Assembly (NCBI GenBank): GCA_012295275.1
Contig: CM022665.1
Span: forward strand, 37,572,001 to 37,636,000
DNA: 64,000 bases
Source: Chrysomallon squamiferum
Taxonomy: Eukaryota; Animalia; Mollusca
Direction: 5' to 3'
Below, piece after piece: positions 50,625 to 64,000 of this stretch (position 1 is the stretch's first letter; each line of letters starts with the position of its first letter). Made by a program: the position numbers and the translations under genes. The notes below the pieces were generated by a model, which saw nothing but the letters and a program-made list of their open reading frames with translations, was not told where the DNA came from and did not search any database.

Positions 50625-53600
50625 TCAGTAAATGTATGGAAAGATCCGGTACTTGACACGCAGACAATAGTGATTCCAACTTGGACCATACTTCTTTTTA
50701 CAACGATCACTGTCACGTTTCTCCCGATGCACCAACAGACACACAAAATATACTGGATAGAAGTAGGGCAGTAAACTGAAACCTGGTGACAAAAAGTACA
50801 AATTATAATAAATAATAGTAATAATAATAAAAAGAATATCTAAATGTTAAAACAGATGGAATTAGAGTATATGTGACTGAAATGTTTTTATTATGTCCTT
50901 GAACAAGAAAGCATGAGAAAAATACTACTGCAGAATTAACATGATATTCATTACCAATAAATAAATATTGTTTAACTCATATTTGTCGCATATAAAGCAG
51001 ACTATAAATATGAGTATGAAAGTAGTTCCATGCATGCCTGTCTGCGTATGAATGCAGTTAGCTTCACTTAAAAACACAAAATCCTTGTTCACAAATATTA
51101 AAATAAAAAATGCTATGTGACTTTGACATACCACAAGGCAACGACCAAGCCAAAGCCATTAAGATATCACCAAGGTAGTTTGGCTTCCTGCAGAATCCCC
51201 ACCAACCAGATATGAGTAACTGTTTGCCACAAGATGTATGGATAGTTTTCAAATCTATTAAAAAGTAAAAAGTTGACAAAATCACTAAACATTTTCTGAC
51301 ATATAACCTGTAAATTCATCAACAGAATTTCCATTATAGAATGATAAGATTATGATAGCAAATTCAGAAAGTTCTTTTATTACTAGTACCATTTGCTCTA
51401 TAGCAGTGCTGGCATTACAGTAACAGGATTATTAAACTCCAGTACTAACTGAAAATGGTTATTTGACAGATGAAAAAGTTTTAATTCTGAAATTTATAAA
51501 GATAAGATCAATCCCTCTGCAATAAAATATAAATAAAACCATACGAGAAAGCTTAGGATCATAGGGATTTTTCCTGAAATCATTCTTCTCAGAGTTAGAA
51601 CTTCTGAAGATATAATAACCAATTACTGGAAAAAAAAAAATAAAAAAATAAAACAATTGAAAGAAAATGCAAAGAAAGTAATTACAAGTATTAACAATAC
51701 TAAAGACTGGCCACAAACATGTCATACACCCTCATAATCACATCACATCAACTTTCAAATGTGCAAAGTGCAAGTTTTTACTTTATTTCAAAATATGTAT
51801 TATTTATATTTATATATGATTGTCTTTATAAAAGGTAACATAACTCATATTTGTCACATATAAAGCATAGTAAATCATTTCAATAATGATGCTTCAGAAT
51901 GAACATTAAAAACCAACTGTCTTGCTTTTAAACCAAGATAATGTTTTTTAATAATCAATTTTTTTTTTTACTATGAGAAATGTTTAAAACAAAAACAGAA
52001 AAGAAAAGTCTTACAGTTGAGAAGTCCAATGCCACACATTACATTCAGGCTTAAGTCAGTGGGATGGTTCAGCAGAAAGTGAGGTTGCAGACAATACAGG
52101 AAAGGAACCCACACCAGATCTCCAAATATAAGCATATATCCAAACCCTTCAAGCATGATATCCATTGTTGTAAGTATAGCACACTGAAATTTTAAATTAA
52201 AATGCTTGATAAATAAGAAACGTTAGTAAATGAATCTGTTTTATATGAGATGACATCACCACTGCAAAAAAATGATATTATAAGCTGTATTCTATTGTTG
52301 TTATATTTCAGTATAAAGATTGGACAGCAAAAAAACAAACAGACATACAACCCAAAACAACTACCCACCAAAAACATGGTACATACCTCGAAAAACAGAG
52401 CATCAGCCACATATAATGTCTGGAAGACAGTCACCATTGTAAGAGCTGGAGGAAATGTGCCAGTATCTTTATATGCCTTAAGGAGAAAGATAAAATCCAT
52501 CATAACCCAGCCAATCAAACCTGGGCGCATCTCAAAGAAAAATTTCAAATCAAAGTTCCCAATACGAGGATTCAATTCACGACCAACAAAGAAATCGTAA
52601 AGCACACATCCTGCAAAAAAAAAAAAAGTGGAAAAAAAAAAAAAAAAATGAATTTGTGTAGTGAAATAATGATATATTCCATAACAGTCTATAATTTTAT
52701 CAACAGCTTTAAATGCTAGATTGTTTCTTCTCTCAAAGATGAATATCCATGATTTCATCATTAGTAATGGTGTTTAACACAATGGTATTTACAAACAAGT
52801 GCTGAAACACTGATGTTATATTATGAAGTTTTATACTTTTAGGCTATCTTTTAAAAGAAAAACATGGTTATATTCACACTGCACTGAATTCCTGCCACTT
52901 ACCACTGTTTCCACCTGGTGCCAAATCGCAGTTATCAGCATATCGTGCTTTGATGTACAATACAATACTCAAGAATACAGCAAAACAAAATGCTGTTGTT
53001 TGTATCTTGTCGAATTTGTCATATACCACGGTCAGTGGATATTCATAATACACTCCAACAGCAAAAGCAGCAAAGGTGATTAGTAAAGCATAAAAACCTG
53101 AAATGTTATAAATATTAACAAATACAGCAAACTTGAATGTGACATCTGACCTGTAATTTCATCCAAAATAATGAGGGTGTAATAAAAATAAAAATAAGAA
53201 GAACAAAAAATTTCATCCTTAAAATAAAAAAAATAGTATCTACAGTATAATAAAATATTCCTACTTACATTCAGTCACAAATTTATTATTCTGACATTCA
53301 TGTAAGAAATTACTGCTTTGAACTTTAAGGTGAAATTTTAAATTTATTATTTATTAGTATTAGTTATTATATTTCTTTTACCATTACAACGATAGACAAG
53401 TTTTTTGCCCGATTTCAATGGCTGTCCTTCAGCTAAATGACCTATTGGGAGCAAACTAAGAATTATCTGAAACAGCAACCATCCAAAAAATATGCATGTG
53501 GCTTCTAGGTCAAAGAAATATGTCCAGTGAGGAATGGGTGGAAATTCAAAAATTGAGCAACTGTTCTAAAAACAAAAATAAGACAAAGTATTAGCAATCA

Positions 53601-55453
53601 TCTCAAATGTAAATTCTTTAGTATTACTTTATTTGTTATGATTTTTTAAAAGTTTAAATGAAGTTAGCTGATGTTCAAAAACAAAATCAAAGTAAGATTA
53701 ACAAACAGAAAATAAGCTTGATGTAAGTTCAGTAAATTGAAATACAGTGGAACCTCATGTTATGAACTTAATTCATTCCAGAACTCAGTTAGTAAACAGA
53801 AGTGATGTCAGACACATGAACGTCACTCTCGTGTTTTGCAATTATTTATTTCTTAACCTCTACTGTGATACGTTTACACTTTCCACCAGTATTATCACTT
53901 TCACTTTTTGTTGTCTTGGGCACTACATTGGTATAATAAAAAAAAAATACATATAAAAGCAGCAACCCTTTAAAAAATGCGAGTGCACAATCTCAATGCT
54001 GCAAAAGCTATTGAGCTGCAACTGCGTATCGAAGACTAAAGGCCCTAATTCATGATATATATTTGCTACAGGGCAAGCCTATAATCCTTACTTTGACCTT
54101 GGTTTTGATGTAAGCATCTATTCTTGTCTTTACTAGATGTTGATGTCAAAAGAAGGCTTGTCGTGGCACATCAATGTAATTTGTAACTCAGGACATTATT
54201 CGTAAACCAAGACAAAAACTGCCCCAGATCACACTTCATAATCCAATGCATTCATAACCTGAGGTTCCACTGTATGATTAACTGTTTAAACTCCATCTCC
54301 CAATATAATCAAAAGTATATTTACCATGTCCCAGCATATAGCCTGCCAGTGTTACCTGTAGCACACCAAACTTGTGACCAAAGAACACTATTATTAGGAG
54401 GCATGCTAACTGCATTGTTGGGCCATATATATGTTCAATGTCATATTTCCCAGCTTTTGTGTTAATTTAAAAATGGCAAAAGGTTAAACTCCAGAGTTTC
54501 TAATAAACAAAATATTTTTAAAAAGTAACTTACTCTGCCACAGACAAGGTTTATTGTAAACACTATCACTGGCAACACAATAATCAGGACTGCTACACCT
54601 ATTGTTCCTCCAAATTCGAATTCTGTTGTTACAGGTACTTCGCAAGTTTTCTTTTGTCCATCACTATCCTTAGGCTATTCAGATGTATGAAATAAATAAA
54701 CACATTAAGTTATATATGATCTATAAAATAAAAATTGTATATTCATAAACAATTATGCACAAAAGGAAACTGAAAATGTGTTTTCATCTTCACTATTTTG
54801 TTTCTAACTCATAAAACTTCTCAATAATTAATAATTTTCACTGATGGTTGTGTTACTATCTTATTACTTTTCCTTTCTCATCTCTTTGTAGACTTCATCT
54901 TCACATTAACAATCAAGCTATCTACTAGCAGATAAATATTTAAATATAATTTACTCTCTAGTTTAGACTATAAATATATACTACAGAAACATGGCAAATT
55001 ATTTTTTCCTAACAATAATTTTGACAATATGTTCAGATTCCAGGACATGCTATTAGTTTAATAATCAAGAAACTAATCAGACAGGAACAGCCCTACTGCT
55101 TTCAAAAGTGGATTAATTGGGATATTCAGGAAGCAAGTGCCAAGCCAGCTTGAAAGAACTGCAGTGAAGAATTGTTGAAATATCTGTGAAAACTTTAAGT
55201 TTTTAAAGAAAAGAAAAGCAAAACAATGTTCTACATAAGTTACACATGCAAAGGAGAGTATATTTAAAATAATGAAATTTGTCTGGTTACAAGGAAGAGA
55301 ACTATTTTACCAAACAACAGATGTTAAATCTTCTTTGTGCAAGCAATTTAACATTGATGAAGATTAGCCAAGCAATCAAAGCCTGTCTGAAGAACACACA
55401 AAATTTTATAGACATACTTCTCTTTCTCTTATTTCTTGTTTTCTGATTGACAT
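50625..55453 (-). CDS. LBR: Delta(14)-sterol reductase, LBR/TM7SF2 (ERG4/ERG24) family; 9 coding exons, 436 aa from ATG 55453
   Basis: Exons 55453-55418, 54674-54534, 53565-53382, 53097-52903, 52610-52387, 52183-52015, 51625-51545, 51254-51132, 50782-50625 join in frame. Motifs [87 protein letters not shown]. The 5' end and LBR vs TM7SF2 naming are uncertain. Confidence 0.9.
53745..54272. mobile_element. Non-autonomous Tc1/mariner (Tigger/pogo-like) MITE, 528 bp, in a sterol-reductase intron
   Basis: 22-bp TIRs CAGTGGAACCTCATGTTATGAA / TTCATAACCTGAGGTTCCACTG (1 mismatch), flanked by TA on both sides. Confidence 0.88.
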
Positions 55454-58400
55454 CTTGGCAGTGTTACCTTTGCCTCTTTCAGTAAATCTTGAAACGATCT
55501 TTCACTTTCAGGGCTTGATTTTCTACTTCTTGATCGGGACAAACTTCGGTATCTAGCTCTTTTGATTTTTGGAGAACAACTTCTTCCACAACTATCTCTG
55601 CTGAATGTTCGACAACCATATCTCTAGAAAAAGAAAAACAGTACTTTCTCACTACTAATAAACATCTGTGCTATACCGATTTAAACACTATATGTATAAA
55701 TTTTGGTGGCTGAATGTTATAGCTGTGATTCAGTTATAAGAAACTCTTCTAAATTATAAATAGTGGGTTATCATAATGTAAAAATAGGAATAGACAACTT
55801 GTATTAACATTTTCTTTTATAATTAAATTAGCCAAGACACACCCACAATGCTTCCAAATAAAAAAACACCAATAAAATAACTGATAATGATAATGCTCTT
55901 TGTGCAAAGCCAAGAAAAGAAATCAAAACCAAAAAAAAAGAAAAGAAAAAAATAATAATTTTAACAAATAATTATCTTTGTTGATTTCCTCCACAGATGC
56001 CAAACTGAATTTTTTTTCCCTCCAATAAACCTTTAGAAAACCCTCTTTAGACCAATGATGGAGATCTGAATATTAATAAAATTTTGATAGGTGGTTGTTA
56101 ACCAATCTCAATCTAATTTATTGCTAATCTGTTCAAACAGAAATAATCCTGCAGTTCTTTACTACCCATTTACTATTAATAATAATGAAGTTGCTAAAAC
56201 CTTGCTGAAGCATGTATCATGAACATATTCCATGTGTCATCTTACATTTAAATTATAAATATCGGCCTAGAATTCTTTTCAAACTTAACCATTGTTTAAA
56301 ATAATAATAATTTTTAAAATGTGTAAAATAATAACAGTCTGGTGTAATAACAATCTGCTATACTGATTAAATCTTATTTTATTTATTTCTCATTACCAAA
56401 TGAATGATTTTTTTATTACTTCATTAAATGAGTTTGCCCTCATTCAATTGATGAAATATTTGATTTTTTTAGATTCTATTTTTGAGAAACCAACAATCAG
56501 TCACCAAGTAGTATTAACTGCTAATCTTATGTGCATGTTTTAATAAATGAATTATTTGATTAGGTTAGTTTAAAAAGTCAAACCTTCAGTTATTATTTGG
56601 AATATTTAATACATTTTATTTTATTTATGCATTACTTATTTTATTATTATTATTTTTTTTTTTTTTTTTTTTTTCATTAATTCTTTGGAATTTCATAACG
56701 TTCTGTGTGAATTGTACCGTGAATTCACATTTCAATTACGAGTTCTGTAATAGCCATTATTTTTTGTATATTCCGAATGGTCAGGATGTTATTTAATTTA
56801 ATTTATGAAGTAACCTAATCAAATATTTCATCTATTAAAAATATATTATTATAAGAAAAAAAATCAAGATGATCTGGTCAGTGAGCAGCGTTTTATACTC
56901 TAACAAAATTAAACTGTCCTGTCCGTAACTTACCAATTCGAACAAAGTAACCTTTAACCCCTAGATCACACTATTCAGTATACCCAATATAACTGTTTGT
57001 ACTGTTTGTACGTTACATCGAATACGCACCGTCCCCGCCAAATTTTGAAAAGGAAAGTTTCTTATTGTTATCAAACTTTTTCTTCTTTCTTCTTCTTTTT
57101 AAAGTGTTGTCGACATTCGTAAATAATCTGGAGTATTCTGGGACCAAAAATATATTATCGTAATACTTAGTAATCTTCAGTTTTATTTATTTATATTATT
57201 TTGACGACTTACCAGATATTCTTACCGAACGATGATACGCCAAATAAACCGGTCTATTTTTAATTTCATATAAAATGTAAAAAGATCGCACAACTGGGAA
57301 GTGACAGATTTTTATATTTATAGTTGTACAGATTTTTTAAAAGAGTCACGTAATCAGTCCTTCAGAATTTAACATTAATATTGGTGCTTAATTATGACTC
57401 TAATATTTACAAAATGAAAAATCATATTTACTATATTTCATCAAAGAATTTTTTTTTCGTTTTAAAAAAAAAAAAAAAAAAAAAAATTGATTATGCTGTT
57501 ATTATTTAATAGTGTGTTTGTGGTATTATTTTGCAGTGGGGTGTACCGCTACCGAGGGTTTTTTCGGACTCTACTTGGTATGAAAAATCGCTGCTAAATA
57601 TTGAAAACAAAAAGGTCGCTGTGGTTTACCCAACGACCGTGTATGGATTGAAGGACATATCCCATGCTTTGTGGACAGTCGTGTACCAAGGAAACAATTT
57701 TTGTATACGATAAATTATGTTAATATGTATACATAATGATGTAATGCACACACGATAAATTTATTGCACGTGAAAAGGAACTGATGGGTGAATCTCCCTT
57801 GATGTTTTTGGAGTAATTGTTCTTGTATTGGATAACATTAGTAGTATTCATTAAACAGAAAAAAATAAACAAATATCGCCAAGTATTTTAATCATAACAG
57901 TGCTAGATTTCAAAAATAATATAATTTCTTGATTTTTTTTTTCAGTGTGTGTATGTTACAATATACAATTAAATATTAAAAATATAAAAATCTTTAAGAA
58001 TTTCTATAGTGCATTCAATTTTGAGTCTCATTATGTACTGATTGTGTGCACTGATAACAGTTGTACTTGAATGCATTTTCTACTACTTACTGGTGTGGTT
58101 ATGGATCTAAACAGTTCTTGAATTGGTAGTATAGCATAAAATAGAGTACAGTGGAAAGTAAAATTTAATTAACTGGCAACGTCAATGTAGTAGTCTTATA
58201 TTACCTTTATTTATTTGAACTAGCTACAAAAAATGTTTTTATTAAAGAAGAATATACTGTAATTTATACCTTAAACAGTTAAAGGAAAATAAACAGTATG
58301 AGTTAAGACATATTTAAAACAAAAATTTTGAAAAAAGTCCACATGTCTGACATGAATATTCTGACTGGTGTCATGTTCACTATCATCTATACCGGTCATT

Positions 58401-60089
58401 CTCTATAGAGGCAATATGTCCACGTTGTTTGACAGGGCCTTGGAACCTGAAAAAACTAAAAGGCTGTGGCCACAAAAAGATTGAGAATGGTTATCTATGC
58501 TTCTTACCGGTTTTGTGTTGCTATTAGGTTTGGCATAACTGTAACAGAAAAGCTTCTGAACCGACAGAACCAGTGAGACTTTAGTAATATTCAAACAGTT
58601 TAAAGCCTGACTTTCAAAACAGTTCTTGGAAATAGTGAAGAAAGTTGTCTAATGATATGTATCTAAATGTGCTTATTTTCTGACATACAGTTTAAAATTT
58701 ATTTCACATATGGCAAGATTTTTTTATATGAATTACACCTATCATGTTTTGATGTAATAAATATTAACATTTTATTTCTATTTTTTTATTTTTCATTTAT
58801 TTTTTATTTAATTATTATTATTATTTTTTTAGATTAATAGTATGCTTATCATATCTGTTCTAGTTGTAATTTAAATTTTTCAGTTAAATATAATGGGTGG
58901 TTGCATTGAATATCAAACAGGAAAAGCATAAAACACAGTAATTAGAATGAAGAGGTAAAAATATTCAACTGGTTTTGTTGTTTGAACTGACTGAAAACTG
59001 TACTGAAAATGATTTGGTATGAAGGTCTAATAAATACTGTGTTTTGTTTTGTGCAATGCTCTTCTTGTTAATAGAATATTTACAAATTAAGGGAAAAAAA
59101 TTTCATCCAGCATGGATTAGCTCTTTGTATGAAAGTCTACACACAAAAAACACATTCAAGTAAAATAATTTTAACTGAATTTTGCTATTCTTTTTCCATT
59201 TTATATAATTATATAACCATTTCTATTTGTACAGGTTTATGTTATTCAGTGATAACCTGCAGATAATGAATAAGACACTTTTAAATATTTTAATAGAAAA
59301 AAAAATAAAAAATAAAACAAGTACCAAAATAACTTCACATGTTATTTGAATTTCATTTAAAAATATAATTACAATTTTTTAAATATTTCAATCACATTTA
59401 ACTTCAACACCAAAAGAAACAGAAAATTAAAAAATCAACTGCATGAAATTAAAAATAAAATCATTACCTTGTGAAAGGGAAATGGCATATTCCACTCTTC
59501 AGATATCAATAATTAAATTCTAAAATATTTTAAAAGAAAGAAAAAAGAAAACAAATCTATTAATTAAGGTCTACTGATAATAATAATAATTATTATTATT
59601 ATTATTATTATTGTTGTTGTTGTTGTTGTTGTTGTTGTTAACACAGAAATACACTTAACATTCCAAATTTCTTTTGAATGGACGCCTGCTGACAAATGAA
59701 AATGTTGTGTATCTTAATTCAAATTAATTTTCAGTAATATTGTGCCCCAAAACATGTCCTCAAGCATATGATGATGCATGTATCTAACCTAAATAACAAA
59801 AAAATATATATATTTGGCCAATAATAAGCAACTACAAATCAAAATTCAAATACCGCCCAAGTAATCTGATTTTGTGGGTCGTTCTTTAAACCTGTTATCT
59901 CCCCCCATTATGAATGAAACTTATATTAAAATCAAAATGTAAACAGTTAAAATATATATTAATTATAATTTCCATGAAACTTAAAATAAAACATTAAAAA
60001 AAAAAAAAAAAAAATTAAATTTCCTAACTTACAATAATTTACTGCACACGAAAAGTCGCCGAACGCTTGGCGGGCTAAATTCTGATGCA

Positions 60090-60150
60090 TTCTGATTGGA
60101 TCTTCTTATGACGTAATGAAGAAAGCGCGAAAAAAAAAGTGACCAATGCA
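60090..60150. promoter_or_regulatory. CpG-rich promoter-like site with two CCAAT boxes and a CRE/ATF-like ATGACGTAAT
   Basis: ctgattgg (~60092-60099), atgacgtaat (60108-60117) and gaccaatg (~60142), next to a CpG-rich segment ending in a minus-strand GTAAGT donor (~60032). Confidence 0.45.
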
Positions 60151-60449
60151 ACTGCTTTGTTTCCTTCTTCTTGTTATTAATTTAAAAGTTATTACGCATT
60201 TGTTTTTCTAATGGTTGGATATTTTAGTTTTAAATATACAAAAGTTAATTTCAATCAATCATTAGCGAGCGTCTGAATATTTATATTCTGTTATATAAAG
60301 TATTATATAAACTATGTTATTCGCTTTCAGTCAACGAAATGCTACAAAATTTCATCACAATTATTGACCTTGAACCGCAAATTTATTGACGTAAATTTAA
60401 TGTCACCGTCACAGTTAATGAGATTTTCAATGATTATATTTTTTATATC

Positions 60450-60505
<56 letters not shown>

Positions 60506-60657
60506 TTAAATTGATTTATTTGTTTTGCTTATATCTTCCTTGCAGTCATCCAAGAGAAAAGACCTAATTATTGAAAATGAATGTCTCTGGTTAAGAAAAA
60601 AAAAAAAAAAAAAATGTGAAGTTAATATAAAAATATAAAATGAAATGAAATTAAATG

Positions 60658-60692
<35 letters not shown>

Positions 60693-62447
60693 TAAATAAA
60701 ATAGTATAAGATCAGGTTTTCAAAATGATGCACCAAATACATTTAGTGAATGCTAAGCATGATGACTATTTATTTATTTCATTTTTAACCTATTTATTTA
60801 TTTATTTATTATTCTTTCTTATAAAAGAGTGAAATTATACGCATGAGATGAAATTTTGAATAATTAGTTCTGACTTGGAGGATGATGAGGAAGATATAAA
60901 CAAAACAATTAATTAATTAACCAAGACACATAAATATTCAGTCTGACACAAAGTTGTAATGCCATCATTGAGCATAATGTGATGACATCTGATTGCATTT
61001 TACACAATTTACCATTTGAAACTGACTGCTCTAATTCATTTTTGAGTTCTTCACCTACAACTGTGTGTTTCACTTATATAAAGAATAGGCATAGCCCTGT
61101 TACAAACTTTGAAAGAAAAGAGATTGCTGCTGGTTCCCTGTTGTTGTCAAATTTAAGATATTTCACGAAGTTCTCGAAATATCCAAGGAGATATATTTAA
61201 CGGCCGAAGCTCATCTAAGAATTTTATTTCTGACTGATGCCCTCTGAAGTGTTAAGCTAAGAGCAGCTATTGTTTCTTGTTCTGTATATTTGTTAAGATA
61301 TATCGATAACAATAATAGCATAAACAGACATAGTAATAAATCAGATTTGCGCATTAAAATGGCATAGAACGCTACCTTAGTTTTCTGGTTCCTAAGAATT
61401 AGGCCTAGATTGTCGTTCAACGGACATCTACAAATATTCACAAGCATAACATTTTATATATTTATGTTCTATTATTACGAAAAAAAAGTATGGTTCTGTA
61501 AAAATTCAATACAATGTCCACATCGAAGATTGATCCAGCTGCGATCATGCATCAGAAGCGCGGGGTTCAGTGATTCCCAAGATATATTATGGCAAAATGC
61601 CATTATTTTAAACTTTTTTATGACTTCAATTATTTAAGGTAAAATTAAACATTGTTAGAGGGTATTAACCTTCCAAATAGCTATAATCCAGTTAATTCTG
61701 AGTATATTCTTAAAAGATAAAGTAGTAGCTGAATGGATTTTTCAAATGGTCTAAAATAAACAGAAATACGACGGAGATAGCTTTAGTAATATTCATAGTC
61801 CTCTCTCTGTCTATATATATATATATTAATAAATATAACATTATTTAATATATATAATAAATATCACATTCAGGAAGAAAATAACAACCTATGTAGGTAC
61901 CTTAGGGCAATCACATTAGCCTATAAGTGGATTTCGTAGCTTTGTAAAAATTAACATTTAAAAACGCGATACAAATAGCGCTTACGTTTTACGGGGTCTC
62001 ACAGAATTTCAAGTGACAAAGTACAAGGCACGAGCATTTTAATATTATAATCTGCGTTAAAAGCGAGTCATTTTACGAATAATATATATACGCAGACATT
62101 TGCTGAAACATTGCCAATTACGATAAATATTTTAATCTTTTTTTTTTCTATAAATGTTTTATTTTAACTATTCGAAGTTTATCTTTTGTTTTCAGTATTG
62201 AAAATAAGTGTTGCAAAATTAATATTTTTTTTTTATTCAGCTTTTCGTTATTTTTTTTAATTAAACATGAATAAAATATCTGTACTTAATCGCTTTACTG
62301 GTTTTGTAGTAACGTAAACAAACACAAAAATTTATATATTTTCAATAATTTATTTCATTAAATTCAATAAAAGTATAATCAGCATACAGTTTAGAAACTT
62401 TTCTCAGCCCTTCTGTTAGTGATTTACGCTGTCTCAACTCTTTAAAG

Positions 62448-63438
62448 CAGTGGTTCTCAAACTTTTTGAAGTCAGGGCACACTTCAAGCCATACAAAAAA
62501 ATTGCGGGCACACTACACACAAAACGCAAAGAAATATAATGCAAAATGGAAGAAAATACAGAAATAACTGAAAGAAGGATATTGCTGCTGAATCGATTGC
62601 GGAGCAGGCTGCCGAGGTTTCTATCCTCATTGTCTACATCTATGTCAGAGTCTTCATAATTTCGCGTATAAACGGTTCTCATCTGGAATCTGTACCGTTT
62701 GTTTTTCTTCTCTGAGAGATGTTCACTGATATATTTAGAATTACCGCCCTTGTGTGAGAGATGTTCACGGATATATTTAGTTACTGCCCTTGTGTGAGAA
62801 ATGTTCACTGATATATTTAGAATTACCGCCCTTGTGTGAGAGATGTTCACTGATATACTTAGAGATACTGCCCTTGTGCGAGTATATACCTTTATTCATC
62901 ATCTATTTTGTGCTGATGAGAAGTATGAGCCTAACGTGTTTTGGCAATTTCTTCAAAAATATTGTAATATGAAATACAAAGCAATGGACTGTCAAAATGT
63001 CAAAAAACTGTCCAAAGGCTATATTTTTAATGGTGTGCATTGTGCAGTGAGGGAAAACGTTTATCAATCATTTGCTTTTAACAAATGTAACACTATAATA
63101 GGCTAAAATTCCATAAAGTATTAAAGTTTTAGATGGGTAGTGACTGTGACAGTGATAGGAATATGTGTCACAAGAAAACTATGGCTATTTATCACCCTAT
63201 CACTCATACTGTCACTGGTAAATAACCGCGCAACACTGAGCAGCCGCGCTAGCTGATCAGCTCATCACGAGTTTACAACGTGTATAAAAAAAATTCCGGG
63301 TAACCGGCTATTTCTTACTGGATATCTTTCCGCTCTTAACATAATCAAATTTTTATCATCGCAAATATCTACCTAGATCCTAGAATTTCGTGGGGCACAG
63401 CTAAATACGTCTCCGGGCGCACCCGCTGAGAACCACTG
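62448..63438. mobile_element. hAT/Charlie-like non-autonomous DNA element (~990 bp)
   Basis: Perfect 12-bp TIRs CAGTGGTTCTCA / TGAGAACCACTG with subterminal GGGCACA motifs. The 8-bp flanks do not form a clean TSD. Confidence 0.65.
62713..62878. repeat. 40-42-bp minisatellite, 4 units
   Basis: tgagagatgttcactgatatatttagaattaccgcccttgtg x4 with few variants and no spacers. Confidence 0.93.
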
Positions 63439-64000
63439 CAGTAGACAGACGCTGAGTCTCCGCCGACTCTGCTGTATTAAGTTCCATCACTGTCACGTGG
63501 CCCTAAGTCTATGGTTCAGTGAAAACGCATGATCATTTTAAAACTTCTGCTGTCATTACCATTATGAAATTTTGGAAAAATTCCTCTCTTTTATTATTTC
63601 TTTTTTTTATTTATTTATTTATTTTTTATTTTTTATTTTTTGACATTATTAATCATTATACGATCTTAATGATTATGGGCAAGAACAAAAAGAACAAAAT
63701 GAACAATGTAAACAGTATTATACTTATTTTGAAGAAACGATTGTAAAACGAAGTAAATATCCGGTTATTAATGAGCATTTACAAATGTCCCTATTGTCAC
63801 AAATGTTGTGATTTATGTTGGATTATATTTCGCCATCGAGAATGATATAAATTATTTCAATATTCCATTGCATTTAGTTAAGCATTTCTGATTTTTTTCT
63901 TTGTTTATAGTTATTTTATTATTATTTTATTTCGAGATTACATGCATGTACATGTATCTCAACTAATTGAGAGTATTTGCTAACTTATTTAATGCATTTT

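Noticed and set aside
60970-61032. Box C/D snoRNA (GTGATGA...CTGA with gagca/tgctc ends)
   Set aside because: C-to-D span is only ~47 nt, with no recognisable rRNA guide and no established host intron.
60980-61450. Minus-strand protein-coding exons
   Set aside because: All frames are interrupted by stops and no family is recognisable; at most a decayed remnant.
62713-62878. CRISPR-like array
   Set aside because: Units are head-to-tail with no unique spacers, there are no cas genes, and the context is eukaryotic: a minisatellite.

Overview
AT-rich, microsatellite-rich, intron-containing animal genomic DNA; an invertebrate (mollusc/lophotrochozoan-like) origin is inferred, not proven. From left to right: (1) a ~6.8-kb direct tandem duplication (1-6800 / 6801-~13620), each copy with an intronless 320-aa NHL/beta-propeller gene on the - strand and a decayed L2/CR1-type LINE fragment; (2) scattered + strand exon-like islands (14.1-24.3 kb) that read like a very divergent ARM-repeat (importin-alpha-like) gene, whose last intron holds a same-strand ORF pair encoding a P-loop/TIR-like protein split by a +1 frameshift; (3) a complete 24-coding-exon NXF1/TAP gene (+, 28273-41895, 647 aa); (4) a complete 8-exon tubulin-tyrosine ligase gene (-, 43288-48102, 376 aa); (5) an LBR/TM7SF2-family Delta14-sterol reductase gene (-, 50625-~55623) whose RS-domain exon is out of frame; (6) Tigger-like and hAT-like non-autonomous DNA elements. 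Main finding: the NXF1 intron between the diagnostic 110-nt and 37-nt exons contains a hairpin matching the retroviral-type constitutive transport element (CTE) core (36112-36197), plus other structured elements, and retaining the intron gives a 350-aa truncated NXF1. This suggests the NXF1/CTE intron-retention circuit known from vertebrates also exists in an invertebrate. All gene models were spliced and translated by eye; no database searches were run.
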